64,000 nt of DNA, from contig CAVZMH010000016.1 of assembly GCA_963776345.1 (NCBI GenBank), forward strand, positions 512,001 to 576,000, read 5' to 3'. The notes under the pieces were generated by a model that was not told the origin of the DNA, did no database searches, and was given only the letters and a program-made list of their open reading frames with translations. The stretch is from an uncultured delta proteobacterium. Its GTDB lineage: Bacteria > Myxococcota > Myxococcia > Myxococcales > Myxococcaceae. Of the stretch, positions 9,696 through 19,625 are shown one piece after another. The position numbers and the translations under genes were made by a program. Numbering within the stretch: position 1 is the stretch's first letter; each line of letters begins with the position of its first letter.

Positions 9696-11900
9696 ATGGA
9701 CATCCGCACCCAGACCGCGCTCCTCGCCTGCATCGTGGCCACGGCCCTCGGCCTCTCCATGGTGCTGCGGTCGAGCCGCGCCCGGGTGCTGACGGCGTAC
9801 TCCCTGTTCGCCTTCACCGCCGGCGCCTTCTACCTGGCCGACTTCCTCCGCAGCGTCTTCCTGTCTGGCGGGCTCACCGGCTGGCCGGTGCGCGTGGTCG
9901 TGGGCGTCCGACTGCTCGCGGCGGCGCTGGTGCCCTCGGCGGCCCTGGGCTTCTTCCTCGAGTTCCTCGGCGGCCAGGCACAGGCGCGGAGGACCAGCCG
10001 CCGGGTGGCCATCTTCTCCGTCATCCTCGGGCTCGCGGTGGCGGTCACGCCCCTGGCCACCTCCGCCTGGGGACGGGGGGTGGTGGCCGCCTGGGCCTTC
10101 GGGACGATGCTGCTGTCCCTCTCGCTCCTGGTCCGGCGCGTCCGGCGCAGCGACTCGAAGACCGAGCGCGCCCGGCTGACCTACCTGGCCATCGGCGCGG
10201 CGGCGGCGCTGCTCTTCACCGCGCTGGACGGCATCGCCGCGCTGGGGGTCCCCTTCCCCACCCTCGGGCCGGTGGTGACCACGCTGTACCTCTTCTTCCT
10301 GGCCCAGACGCTGCTCCGGCTGCGGCTGATGGACCTGCACGAGCTCCTGGGCAAGGTGGCCAGCCAGACGGTGCTGGCGGTGATGCTGGCCCTCGTCTTC
10401 CTGGTGCTCACCGCCTGGGTGAAGGCCAACACCTCGCTCTACCTGTTCAACACCGTGCTGGCGGCCTTCGTCATCGGCATCCTGCTCGAGCCGCTGCGGG
10501 CCAAGGTCGAGGCGCAGGTGGTGCACATCTTCTTCCGCGAGCGGAGCGAGCTGCTCAAGTCGCTCGCCGCGCTCCGGACTCGCCTGGCCAACGTCATCGA
10601 CCCCGGCGAGGCCGCCGAGGTCATCCTCGACGCGCTGGAGGAGACGCGGCGGGTGACGCACGCCTCGGTGTACCTGCTCGCCGAGGACCGGCCGGGGTTC
10701 CAGCGGGTGAACTTCCGCGGACCGGAGCCGGTGCCCTTCCTGGACGCGGCGGCGGCCCGCGGTCTCCTCTCCGCGGCGGCCAGCGGGCAGAAGGCGCTCC
10801 TGCTCGAGAATCTCGAGAGGCGGGTCATCGAGATGCGGACGCGGGGGCCGGAGGGGCGGCGGAGCCGGGAGGAGCTGAAGCGCACCCTGGACACCCGCAA
10901 TGCGCTCCTCCAGCTCAAGTCGGCGTTCAGCGTTCCGCTGGTGGGCGGCGACCGGGTGGTGGGCTTCCTGAACCTGTGGGACGAGCGGGTCCCCGAGGCC
11001 TTCGCCTCGGACGAGATCGCCATGGTGCTCGAGCTGGCCGAGCGGCTGGCGACCATCGTCGAGAACAGCAAGCTGTACGAGCGAATGCGCGAGCGCGACC
11101 GGCTCGCGGCGCTCGGCGAGATGGCGGCCGGCCTGGCGCACGAGATCAGGAACCCGCTCGGAGCGATCAAGGGCGCGGCCCAGTGCCTCGCACCGCGGCC
11201 CCGGGCCGGCGAGGAGGGCGAGTTCCTGGACGTCATCGTCGAGGAGGTCAACCGGCTCAACGGCGTGGTGACCCAGTTCCTCGACTACGCCCGCCCGCTG
11301 AAGCAGAGCTTCGGGACGGTGGACATCAACGAGGTGGTGGCCCGCACCATCCGGCTCATCCAGAACGAGGTGCCCGGCCGGCTGGCGCTGGTGGTGGAGC
11401 TCGGCGAGTCGCTCCCGGCGGTCGAGGGCGACCCGGAGCAGCTCAAGCAGGTGCTCATCAACCTGGTCCAGAACGCCATCCAGGCGCTGGGCACCGCCCC
11501 GGGCACCATCCGGGTCCGGACCCGCGGACCCGACCGCTTCGCGGACCTGCGGGCGGCGGGCGAGTTCGTGGAGATCGACGTCACCGACGACGGACCGGGC
11601 ATCCCGCCGGAGCAGCAGCCGAACATCTTCGTGCCCTTCTTCACCACCAAGCAGAAGGGCACCGGGCTGGGGCTGGCCATCTGCCAGCGCATCGTCAAGA
11701 ACCACGGGGGCAGCATCTCGGTGCAGAGCCGGGTGGGAGACGGGTCCACCTTCGTGGTGCGCCTGCCGGCGCTGGCCAGCGCGGGGGCAACCCGGGTCCC
11801 GGAACCGCCACGCGACGGAACGCCGACCCCGGGCGAGCTGGGGCTGCGACAGAGCCGTCGGGAACGGGCGCGCGAGCGACGACGCCGCTCGTCGGTGTAG
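9696..11900 (+). CDS. Membrane sensor histidine kinase (multi-TM, GAF, HisKA, HATPase)
   Basis: H-box 'LAHEIRNPL', N-box 'NLVQNA', G-boxes 'DDGPGI', 'FFTTKQKGTGLGL'; about 8-9 hydrophobic segments. Confidence 0.95.
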   Translation: MDIRTQTALLACIVATALGLSMVLRSSRARVLTAYSLFAFTAGAFYLADFLRSVFLSGGLTGWPVRVVVGVRLLAAALVPSAALGFFLEFLGGQAQARRTSRRVAIFSVILGLAVAVTPLATSAWGRGVVAAWAFGTMLLSLSLLVRRVRRSDSKTERARLTYLAIGAAAALLFTALDGIAALGVPFPTLGPVVTTLYLFFLAQTLLRLRLMDLHELLGKVASQTVLAVMLALVFLVLTAWVKANTSLYLFNTVLAAFVIGILLEPLRAKVEAQVVHIFFRERSELLKSLAALRTRLANVIDPGEAAEVILDALEETRRVTHASVYLLAEDRPGFQRVNFRGPEPVPFLDAAAARGLLSAAASGQKALLLENLERRVIEMRTRGPEGRRSREELKRTLDTRNALLQLKSAFSVPLVGGDRVVGFLNLWDERVPEAFASDEIAMVLELAERLATIVENSKLYERMRERDRLAALGEMAAGLAHEIRNPLGAIKGAAQCLAPRPRAGEEGEFLDVIVEEVNRLNGVVTQFLDYARPLKQSFGTVDINEVVARTIRLIQNEVPGRLALVVELGESLPAVEGDPEQLKQVLINLVQNAIQALGTAPGTIRVRTRGPDRFADLRAAGEFVEIDVTDDGPGIPPEQQPNIFVPFFTTKQKGTGLGLAICQRIVKNHGGSISVQSRVGDGSTFVVRLPALASAGATRVPEPPRDGTPTPGELGLRQSRRERARERRRRSSV

Positions 11901-11928
11901 GAGCGGCTCTCACTCGCTCTCGCCGCCT

Positions 11929-11943
11929 TCGCAAACTTTGCGA
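11929..11943. promoter_or_regulatory. Palindrome TCGCAAA-C-TTTGCGA, candidate enhancer (UAS) for a sigma54 activator
   Basis: Perfect 7-bp inverted repeat ~85-100 bp upstream of a -24/-12 element. Confidence 0.5.
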
Positions 11944-12026
11944 GGAAAAGATTGCGTCGACTTGGCCGCGGGAGCCCTGGGTCGGCGCAACCTGCCTTGA
12001 CCACGGCGGAAACCGGCTCGGCGGCC

Positions 12027-12042
12027 TGGCGTACGGCTTGCT
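12027..12042 (+). promoter_or_regulatory. Sigma54 (-24/-12) promoter of the pilY1 operon
   Basis: TGGCGTACGGCTTGCT has exact GG-N10-GC spacing, 15 bp before the pilY1 ATG. Confidence 0.7.
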
Positions 12043-12056
12043 GCCCTCGCCATCCG

Positions 12057-15000
12057 ATGCGACAGCTCAAGCTCGTCCCCCAGTTCGCGGTGATGTGGGT
12101 CCTGGTCTTCGTGATGGCGGCCGGTCCGCTCCCGCTTGGAATCCCGCGGGCGGAAGCCGCACCGAGCGTCACGGACCTTCCGGGCCTCCAGAACTTCTAC
12201 AGCCCGAAGGTCTTCATCGTCTTCGACACCAGCAAGTCGATGCAGTACCGGCCGGCGGACCCGAACAGCGATCCCACCGCGAAGGACGACGACTGGGACC
12301 CGAACGTCCCCACCCCGGACACCGCGTGTCGAAACAAGTTCTGCATCGGCAAGCGCGCGCTGTACCGCACGCTGCCCAAGTACAGCCCCCGCATCGAGAT
12401 GGGGCTCTCGGGCTACAACCAGTACTACCAGCTCACCACCCGGCCCTCGACCCTCGGGACGCAGTGCACGTACGACCGCATCGCGCTCGGCTACACGGGG
12501 TCGTACACCTTCGGCCCGGTGCTCGACGACCTCGACGGCACCGGCCCGACCGGTCCGACCGGACTGGCAGCGGTGCCGTTCAGCTACACCCCGCCGGGCC
12601 TCGGGACGAGTCACCCGACCCAGAAGTGGGTCGTCCAGACCGGACCCAGCGGGGACATCCTCTCGAAGAACGTGGGCAACGGAACGGGAGGTGCCGGAAG
12701 CCAGATGAGCGTCACGCTCCTGGCCGGACAGGCGTCCCCGGGCGGCGCCAAGTCGCTGCCCGGCGGCACGTTCACCTACGACTGGTTCCAGACCGTCAAC
12801 ACCGCGGGGGCAATCAGCCTCGTCAAGGGCGCCACCTGCACCACCCCCATCCTCGGGTACAACGCGGGGGCCTGCGCGGCGGACCCTTGCGACCTCACGC
12901 TCACCGGTGAGCACGTCACGCCGTTTCCGCCGTTCACCTCCGGAACCGACCTCGGCGATCCCTACGTCTCGGGGACCACGACGTACTCCCGGTCTGGACC
13001 GACCACGGTCGGCTTCACCGATCTCTGCGGCAAGACCAGCCCGTACACCGGCACCGGGGGGGGCTGCAACGGCGTGTTCGGCGGCTGCAACATCAGCCAG
13101 ACCGCCGGGCCGTACACCATCTTCACCAGCGGGATCAGCAACTACTACGACGCGAGTTACGTCCCCGGCGCGAGCTGGCAGCTGGTGGGAACGACCGGCA
13201 GCACCGTGGACATCCAGCTGGTCACCGTCGGCACCACCTGCCCGGCCATCAGCACCGTGGTCACGGACACCTCGGGTCCGGCGGAGTGGCAGTCGATCGC
13301 GACCGGCGGCACTGGACCCGGCGTGGGCACGGTCTCCACGGGTTGCAGCGCCGCGGCGGGGAAGAAGTGCAGCTGGACGATGATCAGCGACTACGTCGTG
13401 TCCGGCGAGACCAACCAGCACTTCTGCAAGTTCCAGCGGACGATCTACCAGTGGCAGCCCACGGCGCAGCGTTGCGACTACCAGACGCAGGAGTGGACCT
13501 ACAACACCGCCCAGGGCACTCCCTACTGCGACTACAAGTTCGACCGTGATTACTACACGACGCCGAAGTACACGTACGCGTACGTTCCGAACGACGGAGA
13601 CATCCTCGGGCAGACGGCCTGGTCCTACATCGGCAACGACGACCTGAACAACACGCCCTCGGCGGTGACGTACACCAACGGCAGCTTCAGCAACGGCGAC
13701 TGCCCGAATCTCGTGTCGAGCAGCGCCGCCCATCCCCAGTGCAGCGGCGGGGTGGTGTGCAAGCTCGCCTGGGCCAGCGACACCACCATCGGTGTGACCA
13801 ACTACCCGCGCGGACGCTACACCGGCGTCCCGGGCGGCCCCTGGGGGACCGCGCCCCTCCCCTATCCGTCCGGGGAGCCCGTGGCGAGCCTGACCGACCC
13901 GCTGTTCCCTCCGAGCCCCATGGCCTACGCCGGGGACTGGATCGCGTCGATCGGCGCGAAGGAGGCGTACTGGGTCACGCTGATTGCGAACTACTACGAC
14001 ACCAGCGCCACCAACCCGCCCGCCCCGCCGCTGTTCGTCCCTCCGTCCTGCGGAGGGATCTGCACCTTCCAGTACGCGTACACCCAGCCGGTGGGTCTGG
14101 TCACCGATTCGACGTTCCTGGTCGACGCGGTCACCTCGCCGCTGGCACCGGGGGCCTTCAGCGCCGTCGCGGCCACCATGCCTCCGAACCGCAACAGCGG
14201 CTGGGCGCAGCTGCCGGACAAGGTGACTCCGGCCATCTCCTGGCAAGGAGTGGCACTGAACAACGCCCTCAACGGCGCCACACCCGCCACCGATGGCCCC
14301 CTTCTGAAGATGCTGTCCAAGTACGATCCGACCAACAACCCCACCGGTGTGCAGATGCCAAACTTCGGTGACTACACGCCCTTGACCGGCTCGCTCACCA
14401 ACGTGGCCGAGTACCTCCGCAGCTACATCGACGCGGACCCCTACGCCGGTTGCGGCCGCAAGTACTACGTCCTGCTGCTCACCGACGGCGAGGAGCAACC
14501 TCCCCTCGCGGGCAACGACCCGGTCGGCGCCGTGACCGCGCTCCGGAATCTCGTCACCAACGGCGGGATCCCGGTGGACGTGAAGACCTTCGTCATCGGG
14601 TTCGGCTTCAGCGCACCCTCTCCCCAGCTGAACGCCATGGCCCGCGCGGGCGGGACCTCCGTCTCGGCGACGGACTCGAGCAAGCTGGACCTGACGAGCG
14701 GCGTCGCGCTCGATGGAACCGACGAGGCGCGCCTGTTCGCCTCGCTCGACATCACCTTCGGAAAGATCCTCTCGGGCTTCTTCAGCCGCTCCAAGCCGGT
14801 GGTGAACATGCTCGGGACGGAGATGTTCGTCGGGTACATGCGAATCCTCCAGGGCCTCGAGTGGCAGGGCAAGCTCGACGCCATCGACATCAAGACCTTG
14901 AACCTGCCGAACCTCGCCAACACACTGACCAGCGACGGCAGCTACATCTATCTCTGGCGTTACGGCGACGTGATCGACACGCAGAGCTCGCGGAAGGTGT

Positions 15001-16838
15001 ACACGTCCCTGAATCCCAACGCGGGCAACCGGATCTGGTTCGACTACTCCGGGTGCAGCGGCGGCACGCACACCTGCACCAGCGCCGCCGGCTGGAACAC
15101 CAACGCCGGCGCGGACCAGACGGCACTGGAGACCCAGATCGACGGCAGCTCGCCATCGGTCGCCAAGGAGACCATCGCCTTCCTGCTCAACCCCGGCGCG
15201 CCCGTCTCGCCCGAGCTCTTCGACGACGGGAAGACGGCCAAGACCTCCAGGGCCTCGGACATCTTCCACGCCGTCCCGGCCGTCGTGGAGGGCGCCGCCC
15301 AGAGCACGACCTGGCCCGAGCTGACCGAGGCCATGGCCTACCAGGCGTTCCGGAACGATGTCCTCATCGCCAATCGCGAGAAGACCGTCTACATCGGCGC
15401 GAATGACGGCATGCTGCACGCGGTCAGGGACATGGTGACCGTCGATTCCGGCGGGTTCCCGGTCGCGCAGCCCGGGGCGGGCGAGGAACGCTGGGGTTAC
15501 GTGCCGCAGCAGCTCCTCCCGAAGCTGAAGAACATGCGGCACGCCCACGACTACGGAGTGGACGGCAGCGTCGCGGTGGCGGACGTCTGCGGGAACGGGT
15601 TCAGCGGCAGCCCCTGCACGGTCAAGGACGGATGGCGGACGCTGCTGGTCGGGGCGCTCGGAAAGGGCGGCGGCGGGCTCTACGCCCTCGACATCACGGA
15701 CCCCGCGGATCCCCAGCCGAAGTGGGAGGTCTCCGCGCCGGTGAGCATGGTCGCCTCGAGGACCTACTCGCCGCGCCTGGGCGAGACCTGGGGCGCTCCG
15801 GTCATCGCCCGGACCCAGCTCCCTGCGTCGCGCCCCTGGTCGGTCTTCGTGGGCGGTGGCGTGGTCCCCGGGATCGACCTGATCCAGCCCTGGGGCAACC
15901 TGTTCTACGTCCTCGACGCGCGGACCGGCCAGGTCCTCACGGATGGAGCGAACAGCGCCGCCTTCCAGATCTGGGATGACCCCGCCGATCCGGCGCCGAA
16001 CGGCGTCGCCACCCGTCCCACCCTCTTCCGGCCCGGGGACGGCGCCGTGGCGCGCAAGGTCTTCTTCGCCGACACCGAGGGGAAGGTCTGGCGGATGGAC
16101 CTGAGCAGCACCGACATGACCACCTGGAAGCCCTGGAGCGTCGGCCAGGATCCGTTCTTCGATCCTGCGAGCACCAACCCGGTCTGCTCTCTCAACGTGA
16201 GCGGCGTCCCCACGCCCATCCTGGACGCGACCAGCGGTGTCCAGGTGGTGAGCGGCGTTCCGCTCACCCTCCCGATCCCGACGGTGCCCCGCCCGAAGAT
16301 CTACAATCGGCCGATGCTCGCCCTGGACACGACGGGGTCTCTGAACGTCTACCTGGGCACGGGCGACTCGGACAACCCCGGCCAGCTCGGAGCCTACGAC
16401 TACCTCTACGGCCTCGCGGACACGGGCAGCACCTGCGCCGCGCCGCTGTTCGTGCTGCGCTTCGATCCCGGGGAGAAGGTCCTGTCCGAGCCGGCATTCC
16501 TGAACAACACCATCTTCGTGACCACCTACGCCCCGGTCTCCACGGCGGGTCACATCTGCGAGGTCGGCCGTGGATTCCTCTACTCGTTCGACGCCCGGAC
16601 CGGCCTGCCGGTGCTCGCCCTGAAGGATCCATTCAACGGCGACGCGCCGATCTCCAAGCTCGACCTCGGCGACCTCCGCAACCCCCAGCTCGGGCAGGGC
16701 GGCATTCCCAGCGCCCCGATCATCCGCGGCAACAAGCTGTACGTGGCGAACGAGACCGACCCCTCGCACCCCCGACAGATCGACCTGGTGGGCTCGCCGC
16801 TCAGTGTGAAGGTGCGAGGATGGCAGCGCGTCAAGTGA
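12057..16838 (+). CDS. pilY1: PilY1-like type IV pilus tip adhesin (signal peptide, interrupted vWA, Cys-rich insert, PilY1 beta-propeller), ~1593 aa
   Basis: Signal peptide ending 'RAEA'; MIDAS 'FDTSKSM' and 'LLLTDGEE'; propeller motifs 'VYIGANDGMLHA', 'GEERWGYVP', 'YGVDGS', 'YALDITDP', 'LGETW', 'VYLGTG'. Confidence 0.9.
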   Translation: MRQLKLVPQFAVMWVLVFVMAAGPLPLGIPRAEAAPSVTDLPGLQNFYSPKVFIVFDTSKSMQYRPADPNSDPTAKDDDWDPNVPTPDTACRNKFCIGKRALYRTLPKYSPRIEMGLSGYNQYYQLTTRPSTLGTQCTYDRIALGYTGSYTFGPVLDDLDGTGPTGPTGLAAVPFSYTPPGLGTSHPTQKWVVQTGPSGDILSKNVGNGTGGAGSQMSVTLLAGQASPGGAKSLPGGTFTYDWFQTVNTAGAISLVKGATCTTPILGYNAGACAADPCDLTLTGEHVTPFPPFTSGTDLGDPYVSGTTTYSRSGPTTVGFTDLCGKTSPYTGTGGGCNGVFGGCNISQTAGPYTIFTSGISNYYDASYVPGASWQLVGTTGSTVDIQLVTVGTTCPAISTVVTDTSGPAEWQSIATGGTGPGVGTVSTGCSAAAGKKCSWTMISDYVVSGETNQHFCKFQRTIYQWQPTAQRCDYQTQEWTYNTAQGTPYCDYKFDRDYYTTPKYTYAYVPNDGDILGQTAWSYIGNDDLNNTPSAVTYTNGSFSNGDCPNLVSSSAAHPQCSGGVVCKLAWASDTTIGVTNYPRGRYTGVPGGPWGTAPLPYPSGEPVASLTDPLFPPSPMAYAGDWIASIGAKEAYWVTLIANYYDTSATNPPAPPLFVPPSCGGICTFQYAYTQPVGLVTDSTFLVDAVTSPLAPGAFSAVAATMPPNRNSGWAQLPDKVTPAISWQGVALNNALNGATPATDGPLLKMLSKYDPTNNPTGVQMPNFGDYTPLTGSLTNVAEYLRSYIDADPYAGCGRKYYVLLLTDGEEQPPLAGNDPVGAVTALRNLVTNGGIPVDVKTFVIGFGFSAPSPQLNAMARAGGTSVSATDSSKLDLTSGVALDGTDEARLFASLDITFGKILSGFFSRSKPVVNMLGTEMFVGYMRILQGLEWQGKLDAIDIKTLNLPNLANTLTSDGSYIYLWRYGDVIDTQSSRKVYTSLNPNAGNRIWFDYSGCSGGTHTCTSAAGWNTNAGADQTALETQIDGSSPSVAKETIAFLLNPGAPVSPELFDDGKTAKTSRASDIFHAVPAVVEGAAQSTTWPELTEAMAYQAFRNDVLIANREKTVYIGANDGMLHAVRDMVTVDSGGFPVAQPGAGEERWGYVPQQLLPKLKNMRHAHDYGVDGSVAVADVCGNGFSGSPCTVKDGWRTLLVGALGKGGGGLYALDITDPADPQPKWEVSAPVSMVASRTYSPRLGETWGAPVIARTQLPASRPWSVFVGGGVVPGIDLIQPWGNLFYVLDARTGQVLTDGANSAAFQIWDDPADPAPNGVATRPTLFRPGDGAVARKVFFADTEGKVWRMDLSSTDMTTWKPWSVGQDPFFDPASTNPVCSLNVSGVPTPILDATSGVQVVSGVPLTLPIPTVPRPKIYNRPMLALDTTGSLNVYLGTGDSDNPGQLGAYDYLYGLADTGSTCAAPLFVLRFDPGEKVLSEPAFLNNTIFVTTYAPVSTAGHICEVGRGFLYSFDARTGLPVLALKDPFNGDAPISKLDLGDLRNPQLGQGGIPSAPIIRGNKLYVANETDPSHPRQIDLVGSPLSVKVRGWQRVK

Positions 16839-17407
16839 GCCGGACGGCCCGGGGCTTCACGCTCATCGAGCTGATGGTGACGGTGGCCATCTGCGCCATC
16901 CTCGTCGCCATCGCGAGCAACGCCCTGAGCAACGCGCGGAAGGTCGCGCGGGTGGCCGGAGAGGCACGGCTCGTTCTCCAGCGGCTCCAGTCGGTGAGGA
17001 CCAGCGCCGTCGGCCAGGGGGCTGCGCAGGGCTACTACTTCGGCCCCAACGGGGCGGGCGCAGCAGGGCCGGACGCCAACCAGGGATTCGTCTTCTACAT
17101 GCAGAACCCGACCGCGACGGTGGTCAGCTATGTGGCCGGCATCGACCGGCCGGACCCCTATCGCGACACGCTGCCGACCAGCGGAGGTCAATCGCTGGTG
17201 GTGGTCACCGGGGCGGGGGTCGCCCAGCCGGCCCCCTTCCAGATCGGCTTCGACATGAACGGGCAGGTGACCGTCACGCCGCTGCCCCTCGCCTTCCCCT
17301 ACTGCATCCAGATCAGCGACTTCACCGATCCGGTGATCGTCCGCTACGTGATCCTGTTCAACGATGGAACGGCAAAGGTTCAGCGTGATGAGACCTGGTG
17401 TCCGTAG
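16835..17407 (+). CDS. fimU: FimU/FimT-like minor pilin
   Basis: Class III signal 'RTARG|FTLIELMVTVAI'; GTG overlaps the pilY1 stop. Confidence 0.8.
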   Translation: MSRTARGFTLIELMVTVAICAILVAIASNALSNARKVARVAGEARLVLQRLQSVRTSAVGQGAAQGYYFGPNGAGAAGPDANQGFVFYMQNPTATVVSYVAGIDRPDPYRDTLPTSGGQSLVVVTGAGVAQPAPFQIGFDMNGQVTVTPLPLAFPYCIQISDFTDPVIVRYVILFNDGTAKVQRDETWCP

Positions 17408-17867
17408 CCGGCGCGGATTCACTCTCCTCGAGGCACTCGTGGCGGGTGCCATCTTCTTCATCGCCGTGGTGGCGATCTCGCTCCTCGCGGTGAAGGGCGC
17501 GACCAACGCTTCGCAGGGGATGCGCTATGCGCAGACGGCGAGGCTCGCCACCCAGGAGATGGAGAAGTGGTCGATGCTGGGCTACCCGGGGCTGCAGACC
17601 GCCACCGGGGGAGTGTCCCCCTTCGTCGCCCCGGCCTACCCCATCTACGAGCAGCCCGACGGCGGTGGGAAGCTCTACAACGTGTCGGTCACCATCGTGA
17701 ACACCGCCGGGCCGCCGGGTCCGCCGGGCGCGCTCCCGCCGCCCGAGCTCGGGACCGGCAGCGTCGCCGTTCCCTCGTACTTCGTCAGCGTGCAGGTCAC
17801 GTCGCAGCAGGGCACCGACGGAACCCCGGTCACTGTGAGTCAGGCCACCTATGTCAGTCCGAACTGA
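17388..17867 (+). CDS. pilV: PilV-like minor pilin
   Basis: 'RSRRG|FTLLEALVAGAIF'; position in the cluster. Confidence 0.75.
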   Translation: MRPGVRSRRGFTLLEALVAGAIFFIAVVAISLLAVKGATNASQGMRYAQTARLATQEMEKWSMLGYPGLQTATGGVSPFVAPAYPIYEQPDGGGKLYNVSVTIVNTAGPPGPPGALPPPELGTGSVAVPSYFVSVQVTSQQGTDGTPVTVSQATYVSPN

Positions 17868-19038
17868 GCGGCGGCGTGCCTTCACGCTGCTCGAGCTGAT
17901 GGTCGCCGCAGCCGTGGGGCTGGTGATCATCACCGCGGCGATGGCTGCGTTCGATCTGCAGAGCCAGTTCGCCCGGAACACCGAGCGGCTCCTCTCCACC
18001 CAGGCCACGGCGGGCCTCGGGCTCACCATGATGCAGCGCGATCTGGAGAATGCCGGGCTCAGGTTCAGGGGCGGCGTGCAGGTCGACGCGGGCGTCGCCT
18101 ATGCCGCGGTGGTGCGCCCCTACGACGACCTCGGAACCGGCGTCACCACCCTGCGGAACGACCCGGGCGGAACCAGCACCGTCGTGGCGGTCGCCCCTCC
18201 GGCGGCGGGCTACATCCCCGCCACTGACGCGTTCGAGGTGCTGCAGGGCGGCCAGCAGGCCACGGCCCAGCGGCTGGCGGCACAGGTGGCCAGCGTGACC
18301 AGCCCGGCCCTCAACCAGCGGACGGTCAGGATTTCTCCCAATCCGTTCATCGCCAACGAGCTCGCCGCCGTCGGGAGCTTCGCCCCGGTCCTCATGTTCT
18401 GGAGCGAGGATGTGCATTGCATGGGTCGCGTGGTACCGCCCATTGCCGGCGGCCCCGTCGCCCAGGCGACGGTCCAGACGGTCGACCTGGACCTCGGCCT
18501 CTCCGGCACCCCGTGGCCCGCCGGCTGCCCCGCACCTCTGATGCAGGTGGAGGTCCTGCAGCAGCGGCACCGGTACCTCGTGTACCAGACCGCGGACGCC
18601 GTCGGCCGGCCCGCCCGGATCGGGCTGCACATGCAGACCAATCCCCCGTGCGACCCGGTCGGAACCGGGGTCCAGGTCTGCACCACGGATCTCCTCGCGC
18701 CGACGATGATCGCCGAGGGCGTGGACGACATGCAGATCACCTGGCGCGTCCCCGACGGTTTCGCGTCCACCACCGGCGGCTGGTGCCAGCGCGCACCCGG
18801 CGATCCGAGCTGCGGCTTCGAGCTGGCGACGGCGGCGTGGACGCCGGTCATCACCCAGCGCTCCGCAGCGATCTACGGGGCGCAAGTCATGCTCACCTCG
18901 CGGGGACAGGAGACCTTCGTGCGGCAGGGCGAGGCGGTCCCGCCGCTGCTCAACCACGTTCCCGCGACCCCCGTGGACGGGGTGGTTCGCTCCATCATGC
19001 AGACCTCCGTCCTCTTCCGGAACTCGGTGACTCCATGA
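17851..19038 (+). CDS. pilW: PilW-like minor pilin
   Basis: 'RRRA|FTLLELMVA', 'MQRDLENAG', 'IAEGVDDMQI'; 395 aa. Confidence 0.8.
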   Translation: MSVRTERRRAFTLLELMVAAAVGLVIITAAMAAFDLQSQFARNTERLLSTQATAGLGLTMMQRDLENAGLRFRGGVQVDAGVAYAAVVRPYDDLGTGVTTLRNDPGGTSTVVAVAPPAAGYIPATDAFEVLQGGQQATAQRLAAQVASVTSPALNQRTVRISPNPFIANELAAVGSFAPVLMFWSEDVHCMGRVVPPIAGGPVAQATVQTVDLDLGLSGTPWPAGCPAPLMQVEVLQQRHRYLVYQTADAVGRPARIGLHMQTNPPCDPVGTGVQVCTTDLLAPTMIAEGVDDMQITWRVPDGFASTTGGWCQRAPGDPSCGFELATAAWTPVITQRSAAIYGAQVMLTSRGQETFVRQGEAVPPLLNHVPATPVDGVVRSIMQTSVLFRNSVTP

Positions 19039-19625
19039 ACCGACCCCAGGCTCCCCGTGGCTTCGTGCTCCTGGTCGTGCTCGCCGCAGCGGCGGTGCTC
19101 TCGCTGATCGCGGCATTCATCTACAGCCGCACGGAGAACCAGCTGCTCCTCAGCGTCGCCTCGCGCGGGCAAAGCATCGCCGGCGCCCGGGCGACCCTCG
19201 CCGCCGAGCGGAAGCTCGCCATCTACCGTGCCAACTACCCCGGGGGACTCACCGCACTGACGCCGACCACCGACTATGCGACGGCGGTGGTCAACGGATG
19301 GACAGGTGACCGTGAGCTACAGAACCTCGACCGGGTCGCCTGGCCAGCGCTCGACGTCTCCAATGGAGGCGGCGCGAACTGGTGCACCGAGACCTGGCTG
19401 ATGAGCCGCGGACCCGGCGTCCCGCCCTGGACGGTGGTGGAGGCGTTCGGGTTCTACGGTTACACGGTGCAGACTGCCGGGGTGGACTTCGTCAACTGCG
19501 TGCCGCAGGGGAATCCACGCATGGTCTCCTCGCGGGTGACGTTGTACCTGGAGACGCCCCCGGGCGCGGGCGGCGCTCCGCCCGCCTGTCCGGCCTGCGG
19601 AACGGGAGCGGTGGGCGGCTCCTAG
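19035..19625 (+). CDS. pilX: PilX-like minor pilin (lacks Glu5)
   Basis: 'APRG|FVLLVVL' has a hydrophobic residue at +5, typical of PilX/GspK; ATG overlaps the pilW stop. Confidence 0.75.
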   Translation: MNRPQAPRGFVLLVVLAAAAVLSLIAAFIYSRTENQLLLSVASRGQSIAGARATLAAERKLAIYRANYPGGLTALTPTTDYATAVVNGWTGDRELQNLDRVAWPALDVSNGGGANWCTETWLMSRGPGVPPWTVVEAFGFYGYTVQTAGVDFVNCVPQGNPRMVSSRVTLYLETPPGAGGAPPACPACGTGAVGGS

